Positions 20,161-31,063 of a stretch of 64,000 nt of DNA are shown here, in pieces (position 1 is the first letter of the stretch; each line of letters starts with the position of its first letter). The translations under genes were made by a program, and so were the position numbers. The stretch is from the NCBI GenBank assembly GCA_965226375.1, contig CBDDCX010000006.1, forward strand, positions 160,001 through 224,000, read 5' to 3'. Source of the DNA: Longimicrobiales bacterium. GTDB taxonomy: Bacteria > Gemmatimonadota > Gemmatimonadetes > Longimicrobiales > Gaopeijiaceae. The notes under the pieces are model-generated. The model was not told the origin of the DNA. It was given only the letters and a program-made list of their open reading frames with translations, and did not search any database.

Positions 20161-22794
20161 CTAGTTCCCCACCCGCTCGAGTTCTCTGAAAAAGTTGTCG
20201 ACTACGATCAATTGGTTGCCCTCGGGCCGGATCTGACGGAACTGCAGGAACCGCTGGTCGTCGCGGCTCAACTTGCCCTCGTGACCGTTCGGATTCACGA
20301 AGCCTGCAGTGTTCAGAGGGAAGAGCTCCCGCTCCTCGCCCACCGCGAAAGTGGGATCGAGACTCACGTCCACGACTGAGAGAGTCTGTCCGCCGGTAGG
20401 GCCTGTGTTGAAAAAGATCTCACGGCCGCTATGGCCCCAGATGGGCTCGTCGCCTCTCTCTTTGGACACCTGCCACAGGCCCGAGTCGACGTCCGGGAAC
20501 GGTTGTACCCAAACCTGCCAGGCATCGGCGTTCGGGTCATCGCCCAGCCGGTTCGAGGAGTAGGCGAGCCACCGTCCGTCAGGGGAGAGCGACATCTCGA
20601 GCGCGCCCCACTCGTCCGAGGCTACGAGCCGTGTCGGCTCGCTGTCCTCCCCGAGGCGGATGCCATAGATGCCACCGCCGAAGTTTCCTTCGCCCAGTAC
20701 GAAGAGCAGCCACTCTCCATCCGGGGAGTAGAGCGCCTCCTTGATGGGGTCGTCCTGGCCGGCGCGGTTGGAGACGAACGTGAGCGACTGCCCGTCGGGT
20801 GACCACGCAGGCCACCGGTTGACCGTGCCCTCGAACGTGAGCCGGGTCAGCGGGCCGTCGTCGAGCTGCTTCACGTAGATGTCGACGGTTCCCTCGGCAC
20901 CACGCGCGGAGACGGCGAGCCGGGTGTCATCCGGCGAGAGTTGCAGGCTGGTGCTGTTGTTCCCGAACGGGACCAACCAGCCCGGGTCCACATCGCGGAA
21001 GCTCCCGTCGCGGTCGACCCAGGAGACGGTGACGCCGCTCGTTGTGGTCGTTCCGGTCCGGTAGACCAGCCTTCCGGTTTCGGACAGGGCGAAGAACTGG
21101 TATTCCTGCGGGTGCTGGAGCAGGCCTTCGACAAGGGGGACGGCCGGGCCGGTGAGCTCGACCTTCGTCGGGTCGAAGGGGGCGGCCAACAGGGTGGTTC
21201 CAGCGGCCTCCACGAAGAGAAGATGACCGGTCGGGCTGTATCGCGGATAGCTGCCCCGGGTGAGTACCTTGATTTCGCCTGTTTCGAGATCCAGAGCCTC
21301 GATTCTGTTGGAAGCCGCCTCGCCTGCGAGGACCGAATACAGCACGGTTTGCCCTCCTGGCAAGGGATGGGCAAACGCGTGGAGCACTCCGTCGGGGTCC
21401 GTGAGCGTTTCGGGCTGGCCACCGACGGCGGCGACACGCATCACACCAGCGTTCGAGGCCATATAATAGACCCATTCGCCGTCTGGACTCCATGCCGGGC
21501 AGCATTGCGCCTGCGCTCCAGCGTCTGTGAGCGTCCGGGAGACTCCCCCCTCCAACGGAATCACCCGCAGAGCGCCTTGGTCGTTGACCGCTACCTCCCG
21601 GCCATCGGGAGAGATCGCCGGATCCCCCCTCACCTCGGCGTCCGGGATCGGTGTAGCGTCCAGCGCGTCCCAGCGCCTCAGCCACAGTTGAGGCGCTCCG
21701 CTGTCGGCGTTGCCTCGGTAGACGATGAAGGACCCATCGCGAGACACATCGAACGTCTCGCGGGTAATGCGGAAGGCCTGCTCATCTGGAACCACGACCG
21801 CGAAGCGGGACACCGGCTCGGGCGGCTCGGAGCGCATGAGCGACCAGCCGAAGCCTGTTGCGAACAGCACCGCGAGTCCGGCGAAGGCTAGAGTCAAGCG
21901 GTTCCAGGGGCTTCCGCCCACTCCAGCAGCACCCGCCAACGCGCCGCCGTGCCGGAAGTTCGGATCGCCAAGGGCTCTCGCGAAGTCCTGGGCGGATGTG
22001 AACCGATCCGCCGGTAGTTTCTCCAGCGCGCACCGGAGCGCTGCGTCGATGTTGGCAGGAATCGAGGGACGCTGCTTGGTAGCGGAGACCAGCTCGCCGG
22101 CGATGATCTTGCCCAACACGGCCTGTGCGGTCGCACCCGGGAAGGGTGGTTCACCCACGAGCATCTCGTAGAGCACACACGCCAGCGCATAGATATCACT
22201 CGCGGGACCCACAAACTGGTCGCCCGTCGCCTGCTCGGGGCTCATGTAGTACGGAGTGCCGACGCTCAGGCCGGTCTCGGTGAGCCGGGTGCCGCCCGCT
22301 GCTCCCACGGCCAGCGCGATCCCGAAGTCGGCGATGAGCGGTCGGCCGTCCCGGAGCAGGACGTTCGCCGGCTTGATGTCGCGGTGGACCACCTTTTGCC
22401 TGTGCGCGTGGTCCAGCGCCTCGGCGAGGTCGGTCGCGATCTTCACAGCCTCGTCCACATGGAGCTGCTGTTCGCGGGCGAGACGGTCGCCGAGCGTCTC
22501 ACCCTCCACATATGGCATCACATAGAACAAGAAGCTGTCGGCCTCGCCCGAGTCGAAGAGCGGCAGGATATTCGGGTGCTGGAGATTGGCTGTGACCTTG
22601 ATCTCGGAGAGGAAGCGTTCGGCACCTACGACGGCGGCTAACTCGGGCTTGAGGACCTTCAGGGCGACCTTACGCTCGTGCTTGAGGTCGTCGGCCAGGA
22701 AGACGGTGGCCATACCGCCCTCGCCGAGCTCACGCTCGATGGTGTAGCGGCCTTCGAGGGCGGTGTTCAGGCGATCGACAGGGATGGTGTTCAA
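20161..22794 (-). CDS. Ser/Thr kinase - TM - PD40 propeller (copy 3)
   Basis: Complete kinase motifs, TM segment, repeated 'SPDG' blades, ends 'ERVGN'; probable small in-frame deletion near 20750. Confidence 0.9.
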   Translation of the reverse strand: MNTIPVDRLNTALEGRYTIERELGEGGMATVFLADDLKHERKVALKVLKPELAAVVGAERFLSEIKVTANLQHPNILPLFDSGEADSFLFYVMPYVEGETLGDRLAREQQLHVDEAVKIATDLAEALDHAHRQKVVHRDIKPANVLLRDGRPLIADFGIALAVGAAGGTRLTETGLSVGTPYYMSPEQATGDQFVGPASDIYALACVLYEMLVGEPPFPGATAQAVLGKIIAGELVSATKQRPSIPANIDAALRCALEKLPADRFTSAQDFARALGDPNFRHGGALAGAAGVGGSPWNRLTLAFAGLAVLFATGFGWSLMRSEPPEPVSRFAVVVPDEQAFRITRETFDVSRDGSFIVYRGNADSGAPQLWLRRWDALDATPIPDAEVRGDPAISPDGREVAVNDQGALRVIPLEGGVSRTLTDAGAQAQCCPAWSPDGEWVYYMASNAGVMRVAAVGGQPETLTDPDGVLHAFAHPLPGGQTVLYSVLAGEAASNRIEALDLETGEIKVLTRGSYPRYSPTGHLLFVEAAGTTLLAAPFDPTKVELTGPAVPLVEGLLQHPQEYQFFALSETGRLVYRTGTTTTSGVTVSWVDRDGSFRDVDPGWLVPFGNNSTSLQLSPDDTRLAVSARGAEGTVDIYVKQLDDGPLTRLTFEGTVNRWPAWSPDGQSLTFVSNRAGQDDPIKEALYSPDGEWLLFVLGEGNFGGGIYGIRLGEDSEPTRLVASDEWGALEMSLSPDGRWLAYSSNRLGDDPNADAWQVWVQPFPDVDSGLWQVSKERGDEPIWGHSGREIFFNTGPTGGQTLSVVDVSLDPTFAVGEERELFPLNTAGFVNPNGHEGKLSRDDQRFLQFRQIRPEGNQLIVVDNFFRELERVGN

Positions 22795-22795
22795 G

Positions 22796-25467
22796 TCAGT
22801 TCCCCACCCGCTGCTCGATCTCCCCGAACCAGTTCTGCACGAGGATCAACTCGGGAGTCTCCGTTTGGAAACGCCGCAGCATGACGAACCGTCGATCGTC
22901 GGGCGAGACGTCGTAGAGCGTATATTGCTCGGCCTGCCCGATCAGGAACGCGGGGTCGATGGCGAAGAGGGTCTCGCGTTCCGTGACCTCGAACGTCGAG
23001 CCCGCGGTTCCGACCTTGGCAGAGATCATCTCGTTACGACCGTTCACGTAGAAGATCTCGGTCCCGCTGTGGGCCCAGAGGGGCATGACACCCCCGTCCA
23101 CGGACACGGCCCACTTGCCGTTCTCGGTGTCCGGGAACGGTCGCACGTAGATCTCGTTGTTGCCCGTCTCGTCGGATTCGTACACGAGCCAGCGACCGTC
23201 CGGGGACAGCATGATCGCTTTCTCGTCGAACTCGCTCGTCACCAAGGGGCTGGGAAGACTGTCCGTCGCTGGGCGAAGCCCTATTACGTCCCGGCCGCCC
23301 ACGGCCCCCAGCGTACCGCCCGTCCGGGCCACCAGCCACTCTCCGTCTCGCGAAGTGGCACCTTCCCACAGCGACAGCTCATGATTCAGGAGGAGCTCGG
23401 CCCGTCCGGTGCCATCCGCTCTCGTCACGAAGATGTCGGCCGTCCCATCCCGATCGGAGATGAAGGTCACTCGCCCGTCTTGCGTCCACCGGGGTCGAAC
23501 GTCCTGTGCGCTGTCGGCCGTGATACGCGTGAGCGGACCCGTAGGGAGTTGTTTGATCCAGACGTCCTCCCTGAGATCCCCGAAGATCGACACGACCAAT
23601 CGTGCCCCGTCGGGCGAGAGGGCCAGTCCGCGGTTGTTGCCGCCCGGATCGAAGCTCCACTCCGGATCAATCACGGTCGCGGCGCCGTCACGATTGACCC
23701 AGGTCGGCTGGTACGTCGCGTTGGCCAAGCCCGTCGAATAGACGAGCGTTCCATTCTCCGAGAGGGCCATCGACTGAGCGTTGCCGGTCTTATAGTCGGC
23801 TCCACTGACCACGGGCACGGGCGTGCCCGTCATTTCTAGCCGCCTCGGGTCGAAGGGTGCCGCCATTAGGTCACCCGTCGTCGTCAGGAATACCAGGTAT
23901 CCGTCCCTCGCGTAGTGGGCCTGGACTCCGATCTGTCCCAAGTTGGTGACTTCGCCGGTCTCGACACGCGCGGCCCGAATCTGCGGCTCCCCTGGGACGA
24001 AGACATGGAAGAGCACGACCGCACCCTCCTCGACGAAATGGGCACCGACGTGGATGCCTTCGCCCGACTCTGCAGGTGATCGAGTGATCACCTCCGTCGG
24101 GCCTCCCTGAGCCGGCATCCGACTGATCCCGCGCGTCTCCGCTTCCGTGAAGTAGACGAATCCGTCACTGCCCCAATGCGGAGAGTTGAACGCCGTTTCC
24201 GTAAGTACTCGTGAGACTCCGCCCGACAGTGGTACGATGACGAGCGGACGGGGAAGGGTCGACGGGATCACGAATACGACTTCCCGTCCGTCGGGGGAGA
24301 TGGACGGCTGGACTCCGTTGGCCGTTCCCGCCAAGGGCGAAGAGGCGAGCTGATCCCACCGCCGCACCCACAACAGGTTACCTCCGTCTTCCCTCGGCCC
24401 TTCGTAGACCATGACGGAGCCGTCCCTCGAGAGGGCCATGGTCCCGAAGCCGGCCAAAGGCTCCGAAAGGATCACGGATGCGCGGTGAGTTTGAGCGTGC
24501 GGAGCCGCTCGGGTGAGCGCCCACGCGGAGAGGAGTGCGAACACGAGTGTCGTCGCGGCGAAGACCTGGGTTCCCAGGCGCCAACGGCCCGATTCACTCA
24601 CGCCCGTCCCCGTGATGTCACCGTGTGTGAACCCCGGATCGGCCAACGCCCTCGCGAATTCCTGGGCACCTGTGAACCGATCTGCGGGCAGCTTCTCGAG
24701 CGCCTTCCTCAGGGCGGCATCGACGTTGTCTGGGATCGACCTTCGCACGGAGGTGGCCGACACGGGCAACCCCTGGATGATCTTGCCGAGCACCGCCTGG
24801 GCCGTGTTCCGATATACGGAGGCTCGCCGACCAGCATTTCGTACAGGACACACGCGAGCGCATAGGTGTCGCTCGCAGGTCCCACGACCTGATCTCCGGT
24901 GGCCTGCTCCGGCGACATGTAGAACGGGGTCCCTATCGAGAGCCCGGTCTCGGTCAATCGGTTTCCACCCGCGGCACCGACCGCCAGCGCGATCCCAAAA
25001 TCCGCGACCAAGGGTTCCCCTCTGCTCAGAAGGATGTTGGCGGGCTTGATGTCGCGGTGGACGATCCCTTCGTCGTGTGCCGCCTGTAGCGCGTTGGCCA
25101 CCGCGGTGGCGATGCCCAACGCCTCATCGATCGGTAGCTGCTGATCTCGGTCGATCCGGCCCTGCAGCGTTTCGCCCTCAACGTACGGCATCACGTAGAA
25201 CAGGAAGCTGTCGGCTTCACCAGAATCGAACAACGGGAGGATGTGCGGGTGCTGGAGGTTGGCGGTCGTCTTGATCTCGGCCAGGAAGCGTTCGGCGCCC
25301 ACCACCGCGGCCAGCTCGGGCTTGAGAACCTTGAGAGCGACCTTACGCTCGTGTTTGAGGTCGTCGGCCAGGAAGACGGTGGCCATGCCGCCCTCACCGA
25401 GCTCGCGCTCGATGGTGTAGCGGCCCTCGAGGGCGGCGTTCAGGCGATCGACGGGTATCGTGCTCAT
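22796..25467 (-). pseudogene. Kinase-propeller copy 4, 1-nt frameshift at ~24807-24810
   Basis: 'GEPPYIG' and 'NTAQAVLGKII' lie in different frames, whereas copy 1 reads GEPPYIGNTAQAVLGKII. Confidence 0.88.
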
Positions 25468-25695
25468 GGGCGGTAGTCGGCGGTCTTCATGGGATCCGCG
25501 GATGCGTTCACACAGGGAGCTGGAGCGGACATGTCAGCCACAATGCATCTAACCTGTGCGTCCCCACAAGCGCTTGCGGCGTCCAAGCGAGCTTGGCATG
25601 GTCCTCATTCGAGCCGCTTGGACCAGGCGGCGGGTGGGCTCGACTAGACTAGGCCGAGGATTCGAGGAGCCGTTGAGGACGAAAGGAAGTCGTCA

Positions 25696-26823
25696 TTGAA
25701 GATCGCCCGCGTGACCGCCCACCAGCTCCGTATCCCCCGGATCGCGGAAGTCTTCGACGGAACCCAGGACGTGTTAGTGGTCGAAGTCACGACCGAGTCG
25801 GGCCTGACGGGGTTGGGAGAAGTCGTCTCGTCGTCCTACGTGGCCAAGGCGATCATCGAGGCGCCGCGTTCCGGAGCCGGTCGTCACGGGCTGTCGGAGG
25901 CGATCGTCGGGATGGATGCCACCGACATCGACGCTGTGCGCCGACAGATGTACGAAGAGGCGGCCTGGTACGGCCGTCGCGGAGCGGCGATCCACGCGAT
26001 GGCTGGGGTGGAAATGGCCCTGTGGGACATCAAGGGCAAGGCCGAATCCGCTCCCGTGCACCGGCTGTTGGCCGCGACCGAGCCCGCGGTTGCGAGACCC
26101 CCGATCAGGGCCTACGCCAGCGTCTTGTGGGGCGACACGCTCGAGGCGACGGTTCAGAACGCACGGGACCTTCTCGACAGGGGGTTCGGGGCCCTGAAGT
26201 TAGGCTTCGGACCGTTCGGGCTCGGGAGCATCGCCGAGGACGTGGAGACTCTGACGGCTCTCAGAATGGCGCTGGGCGACGATGTCCAGATCATGGTCGA
26301 CGTGGGCAGGAAGTGGGACTGTGATCGGGCGATCGAGGAGTGCTCCGCCCTGCGCGACTTCGGACTGGTCTGGATCGAGGAGCCGCTCCATCCGGACGAC
26401 CTCGAAGGGTACCGTCGCCTGTGCGATTCCTCGCCGGTACCGATCGCGGGTGCCGAGACCGAAGAGACCGTGAAACAGTTCGTCCGATACCTCGATGCGG
26501 GCCTGGAGGTGATCCAGCCCGACCTCGGTCGCTGCGGACCCGGCGCCGGCATGGAATTGAGCCGACTCGCCCAAGAGCGTGGTCGCCGGTGCGTACCCCA
26601 CTGTTTCGGCACCGGAATCAACACGACCGCCGCGATCCACTGGATGGCGGCGGCGGGTGGCGATCTGGTGGAATATCCCATGGGGGACTCTCCTCTGCGT
26701 CGGGACCTCGTGGCCGGGGTGCCGAGCCTGGAAGACGGGTTCGTGAAGCCGACGGACAAGCCGGGTTGGGGAATCGAGCTCGACCCAGGCGTGCTCGCGG
26801 AGTACGGACGGCACCAGGGGTGA
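25696..26823 (+). CDS. Mandelate racemase/muconate lactonizing enzyme (enolase superfamily) protein
   Basis: 'ALWDIKGK', 'IMVD', 'WIEEPL', 'PIAGAE', 'IQPD', 'VPH', 'PGWGIELD'. Confidence 0.9.
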   Translation: MKIARVTAHQLRIPRIAEVFDGTQDVLVVEVTTESGLTGLGEVVSSSYVAKAIIEAPRSGAGRHGLSEAIVGMDATDIDAVRRQMYEEAAWYGRRGAAIHAMAGVEMALWDIKGKAESAPVHRLLAATEPAVARPPIRAYASVLWGDTLEATVQNARDLLDRGFGALKLGFGPFGLGSIAEDVETLTALRMALGDDVQIMVDVGRKWDCDRAIEECSALRDFGLVWIEEPLHPDDLEGYRRLCDSSPVPIAGAETEETVKQFVRYLDAGLEVIQPDLGRCGPGAGMELSRLAQERGRRCVPHCFGTGINTTAAIHWMAAAGGDLVEYPMGDSPLRRDLVAGVPSLEDGFVKPTDKPGWGIELDPGVLAEYGRHQG

Positions 26824-26925
26824 AGTGTCCCCGCCTCGAAGAGGTCGGTTACTTCAGACCAGGGGCTCCCGCGAAGCCGGTCATATCTCTGGAGTCGGTG
26901 TCTACCAAACATCGGATACAGTCCA

Positions 26926-27846
26926 CTAGGCGGTAGCCGCCGCGAGCGGGATTCCCAGGCGATCCAGCAGCGAAGTCACTTGCGCGATCTGCTCCTCGGT
27001 GAGCGGCAACAACGGCGGACGGGGATAACCACCCGGGCGGCCTAACACGTTCATGGCAGCTTTCAGATTGGCCGGGAAGGTGCCCATCCCACGCGCCGCC
27101 TGATCGAGTGCCAACGTTCGAAGCTGCACCCTTTTCGCTCCCTCCAAGTCGCCGTTTTTGACCATGTCGTACATCTGGACCGCCTCGCGTCCCATGATCT
27201 GCGACTCTAGCGAGCTCACCCATCCCTTGGCCCCCATGACGATGGCCGCGACTCCGCGTTCCGCCGAGTGGCCGGTGAACACCTGGATGTCATTGCCGAA
27301 CTGGTTCACGAGCGTCTCGACGCGGATGAAGCTGTCGGAGCTCTCCTTGATGGCCACCACGTACTCCAAGGCGATCAACTCTTCCAGGAGGTCCGGTCCG
27401 AGGTCGACCCCGGTCCGCTGCGGGATGTTGTAGAGCAGGATGGGAACGCCGACGGCGTCGGAGATCCCCTTGTAGTGAGCTACCACCTCGGCGCTTCCTG
27501 GCCGGCAGTAGTACGGAGGCAGCACCATGATGCCGTTGCACCCGACGTCTCGTGCCTTTTCGCTCAGCTCGATCACGTCGCGGGTGGAGATCCCACCGGT
27601 GCCCGCAATGACGGGAACGGCTCTGTCGGCTGTGTCGACTCCGAGCTGGAAGAGCCGCAGGCGCTCCTCGGGACTGAGTGCCCAGGCCTCCCCCGTACAT
27701 CCCGACACGATGATGCCTTCGGCGCCCTCATCCAGAAGCAAGGCGATGTTCTCACCGAAGGCCGCTTCGTCGATTTCGCCGGATTCGGTGAAGGGCGTCA
27801 CCACTGCGACGAAGTTCCCCTCCCACTGCACCTTTCCGTTGTTCAT
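26926..27846 (-). CDS. Dihydrodipicolinate synthase/N-acetylneuraminate lyase family protein
   Basis: 'VTPF', 'GCTGE', 'LYNIPQRTG', Schiff-base 'AIKESS'; ATGA overlap with the upstream gene. Confidence 0.9.
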   Translation of the reverse strand: MNNGKVQWEGNFVAVVTPFTESGEIDEAAFGENIALLLDEGAEGIIVSGCTGEAWALSPEERLRLFQLGVDTADRAVPVIAGTGGISTRDVIELSEKARDVGCNGIMVLPPYYCRPGSAEVVAHYKGISDAVGVPILLYNIPQRTGVDLGPDLLEELIALEYVVAIKESSDSFIRVETLVNQFGNDIQVFTGHSAERGVAAIVMGAKGWVSSLESQIMGREAVQMYDMVKNGDLEGAKRVQLRTLALDQAARGMGTFPANLKAAMNVLGRPGGYPRPPLLPLTEEQIAQVTSLLDRLGIPLAAATA

Positions 27847-29051
27847 CGGCCTGCTTCTGTCCCGAGTAGTGGAGCGCGGAGGAATCGGCTCGCGCTGATC
27901 TGTTCTGAAGATAAGGGAGATTCTTCGCCTGTGACGTGCTGTGCCGCCAGCACCCCGCAGATGGGGGCGAGAGTGAACCCCCCGGCCGCGCAGCCGAGCA
28001 CGTGAAGTCCCGCCGGCTCTCCCACGCTGCCGACCAACGGAAGCCGATCCGGACTGCGTCCCTCGACGCCTGTCCATGCACGGAGGAGTTGGGTCTGTGC
28101 CAATGCCGGCACGGTGCGAATGGCCAGGTCCAGATTCCCGGTGACGCTCTCACGTCGAAGGCGGTGGTCGACTCGGCGCTGGCCTGCGTTGTCGCCCCCG
28201 GATCCGGCGGCGTCTGGGGAGTCGTCACCGCCCTCGTCCCCGTCGCCAAGCCAGCCCCCGCCCACCAACACCTTTCCCACGCTCGACTGCTGTTTCAAGG
28301 TGAGCCTTCCACTGACATGGGTCACGATCTCCGGAAAGAGGCGCGGCGTGGGGGCCGTGATCATCACCTGCTGGATCTTCGTGAAGAGGGGAAGCTCGAC
28401 GCCGAGCGGGCGGCACAGACGGGTGATCCACGCGCCCGCTGCCACGATCACCTTCTCGCACACTACCTCGAGCCCGGCGGCCCGCACCGTGAAGCTGCCG
28501 TCGGGCCGCACGTCGAGTGACTCCACGGCGCGGTCGAACTGGAAGGCTACCCCGTTCCGCTCACAAGCGGTGAGGTAGGCTCGGATCGCGAGGAACGGAT
28601 CAGCCATGCCGTCGTCCGCGCAGTAGCTCGCGGCCTGAACCTCTCGGGACAGGTAGGGCGCCAGTTCGAAGAGCTTGGGGGGATGGACCATTTCGACCCG
28701 GGCGCCCAGCACGCATAGCGCGTCCACGGCCTCCTCGAGCTTACCGACCTCCTCCGAGGTGTGTGCGACCCGGTAGCCCCCTCGTTGCTCGTATTCGACG
28801 TCACGCCCCAACTCTTCACCAAGGACCTTCCATCTGCGCACGCCCTCGAGGGCCAGCGAAATCGCCCCGAGACGCTTGTTCTGGATCGCCAACGTCCCGG
28901 CGGTCGATCCCGACGCCTCGCCTCCCGGCCTCGAGCGATCGACACAGACAACGCGCACCCCTCGCTTGGAGAGCTCCCATGCGGCCGATAGACCCATGAT
29001 GCCCGCGCCGATCACGCACACGTCGGTCTCGACGGGTCGGGTAGTTGCCAC
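27843..29051 (-). CDS. FAD-dependent oxidoreductase (DAO/glycine oxidase/sarcosine oxidase beta family)
   Basis: 'VIGAGIMGLSAAWEL', 'EASGSTAG', 'RAWTG', 'SPDRLPLVG', 'GFTLAP'; GTG start overlaps the TRAP gene stop. Confidence 0.88.
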   Translation of the reverse strand: MATTRPVETDVCVIGAGIMGLSAAWELSKRGVRVVCVDRSRPGGEASGSTAGTLAIQNKRLGAISLALEGVRRWKVLGEELGRDVEYEQRGGYRVAHTSEEVGKLEEAVDALCVLGARVEMVHPPKLFELAPYLSREVQAASYCADDGMADPFLAIRAYLTACERNGVAFQFDRAVESLDVRPDGSFTVRAAGLEVVCEKVIVAAGAWITRLCRPLGVELPLFTKIQQVMITAPTPRLFPEIVTHVSGRLTLKQQSSVGKVLVGGGWLGDGDEGGDDSPDAAGSGGDNAGQRRVDHRLRRESVTGNLDLAIRTVPALAQTQLLRAWTGVEGRSPDRLPLVGSVGEPAGLHVLGCAAGGFTLAPICGVLAAQHVTGEESPLSSEQISASRFLRAPLLGTEAGR

Positions 29052-31063
29052 TAGGGGGCTCCTCGCACCTTCTGACGAACGTGAAGCGCGGCAATGAGCC
29101 CGGCGCCCGTGACCATGAGTAGCGAGCCGGGACTCAGCAGGACGAATCCCGCTCCGCTCCCGGCTGCGAGCGTGGCGGTGATGAAGGCGAGTCCCGCCAA
29201 GGCACCGACGATCCTCCCCCCGACGCCGAGCGGGCCCTGATAGAATCCCATGGTCACCACCGGGAACATGAGAAGGAACAGCATGCCGCCCGCGCCCGCG
29301 AACAACATCGCCGGCCAACTCCCCGACAATAACCCGGTGAACCCGAACATGACGGGCACGATGTACAGCGCTTTGCCCACACGAAGCGCCTCGAACCCGG
29401 TGCGCATGGGGCCGGCTTCGGCGATCTGAGCCGCCACGAAGGCGGTCAGACAGATGGGAGGCGTGATGGTGGCGCTCTGAGCGAACCAGAAGATCACGAG
29501 ATGGGCGGTGAGTAGGGGAATACCGAGCTCCATGAGTGCCGGGGCGCCGAGCGTGGAGACGATGATGTACGCGCTGGTGATCTGCAGGCCCATTCCGAGC
29601 ACCGAAGCGATCATCGCGACGATCACGATACCGAGAAGGATCGATCCTCCGGCAAGCGTGACCATGACCGAGGTGGTCTTGAGCATGACCCCCGTCAGGC
29701 TGATGACGCCCACAATCATGGCGGCCGTGGCCATGGTCGCGGAGAGTCCGATCGCGCCGTGTGTCGTGGCCTCGAGGCCGCGGATCAGCGTCGCGAGGCT
29801 CATGCGCGTGTGGGGGCGCACATAGCTGACCAGGCACAGCCCCACCACGCAGGCGGACGCGGACAGGAAGGGGCTGTAGTCCCGGATCAGGAGGTAGATC
29901 AGTAAGACCAGGGGAGCCATGAGGTGTGCTCCGCCTGCGAGCGTACGCCAGATGGGGGGCACCTTTCCACGGGCGCCCATGCCCTCGAGGTCGAGAGAGC
30001 CCTGACCCTGCTTGCGGGCCTTCACGTGTACGTACCCGTAGAGGCTTCCGAAGTACAGCAACGCTGGAATCAACGAGTACTTCAGGATGGTGAGGAGGGG
30101 GATGCCGGTGATCTCCGCCATGATGAACGCTCCAGCGCCCATCACCGGTGGCATCAACGCGCCTCCCGTTCCCGCCGCCGTCTCGACCGCGGCGGCCTCG
30201 TGGGGCTTGAGCCCGGTGCGCTTCATGAGCGGAATCGTGATCGTCCCGGTCGTGACCACGTTGGCGATGGTGCTGCCCGATACGGAGCCCATCATCGTGC
30301 TTCCCACCACCGCCGCCTTCGCGGGTCCACCGACCCAACGGCCGGACGCCGCGAGCGTCAGGTCCATGAAGATCTGATCGCCTCCGGCCACGCGGAGCAA
30401 AGATCCGAAGGTCAGAAAGACCAGCAGATAGGTCGCCATCACGCCGGTCACCTGGTTGAACAGGCCCTCCGGTACCATGTACAAATGCTCGAGCAGCAGA
30501 ACCACGCTCACGCCCTTGTGCTCCAGAATTCCGGGCATGACGGGCCCGGCCAGGGCGTAGCCTATGAATACGAGTGCTACGACGACCAGCGTCATCCCGA
30601 GAGTGCGCCGGGTCGCTTCCAGGACCAGAGCGACCGCCAGCGCGGAGAAGACGAGATCGGGACCGGTGAGCGGATCGATGTACACGAGCCGCCACATGAT
30701 GCGCTCACGATCCACGAGCATCCATGCAAAGGCCGAGAAAGCGGCGAGCGCCAAGACGATGTCGAATCGGCTGACGCGGCTGGAGCGGCCCGTGCCGCCC
30801 GTGCTGCGCGTATGGCTCGTACGGCTCTTAAGCGCCGGATAGAACAGGAAGACCAATGGGATCGCGATGGCCAGGTGCCCGGCCCGCCGTGTGACCGCAT
30901 CGAACCATCCCGTGAACGCCACCAGGATGGTCAGGGCCGGAAGCACCACCGCCGCCCAACGCGCCACAGTTGCGAGCCGACCGGAGATCTCTCTCTGACC
31001 GGGGATCAGGGCGCCTTCAGGAGCCCCCGACGAGCTTTCGCCCGAAGAGCCTAGTCGATCCAA
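29051..31063 (-). CDS. TRAP transporter 4TM/12TM fused permease (TAXI type)
   Basis: 'GGPAKAAVV', 'SGSTIANVVTTG..TIPLMKR', 'MPPVMGAGAFIMAE', 'ITPPICL'. Confidence 0.93.
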   Translation of the reverse strand: MDRLGSSGESSSGAPEGALIPGQREISGRLATVARWAAVVLPALTILVAFTGWFDAVTRRAGHLAIAIPLVFLFYPALKSRTSHTRSTGGTGRSSRVSRFDIVLALAAFSAFAWMLVDRERIMWRLVYIDPLTGPDLVFSALAVALVLEATRRTLGMTLVVVALVFIGYALAGPVMPGILEHKGVSVVLLLEHLYMVPEGLFNQVTGVMATYLLVFLTFGSLLRVAGGDQIFMDLTLAASGRWVGGPAKAAVVGSTMMGSVSGSTIANVVTTGTITIPLMKRTGLKPHEAAAVETAAGTGGALMPPVMGAGAFIMAEITGIPLLTILKYSLIPALLYFGSLYGYVHVKARKQGQGSLDLEGMGARGKVPPIWRTLAGGAHLMAPLVLLIYLLIRDYSPFLSASACVVGLCLVSYVRPHTRMSLATLIRGLEATTHGAIGLSATMATAAMIVGVISLTGVMLKTTSVMVTLAGGSILLGIVIVAMIASVLGMGLQITSAYIIVSTLGAPALMELGIPLLTAHLVIFWFAQSATITPPICLTAFVAAQIAEAGPMRTGFEALRVGKALYIVPVMFGFTGLLSGSWPAMLFAGAGGMLFLLMFPVVTMGFYQGPLGVGGRIVGALAGLAFITATLAAGSGAGFVLLSPGSLLMVTGAGLIAALHVRQKVRGAP

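Noticed and set aside
27843..30695. 950-aa ORF suggesting a giant oxidoreductase
   Set aside because: The first ~548 codons are an Arg/Gly-rich alternate frame of the TRAP permease; the real gene starts at GTG 29051.
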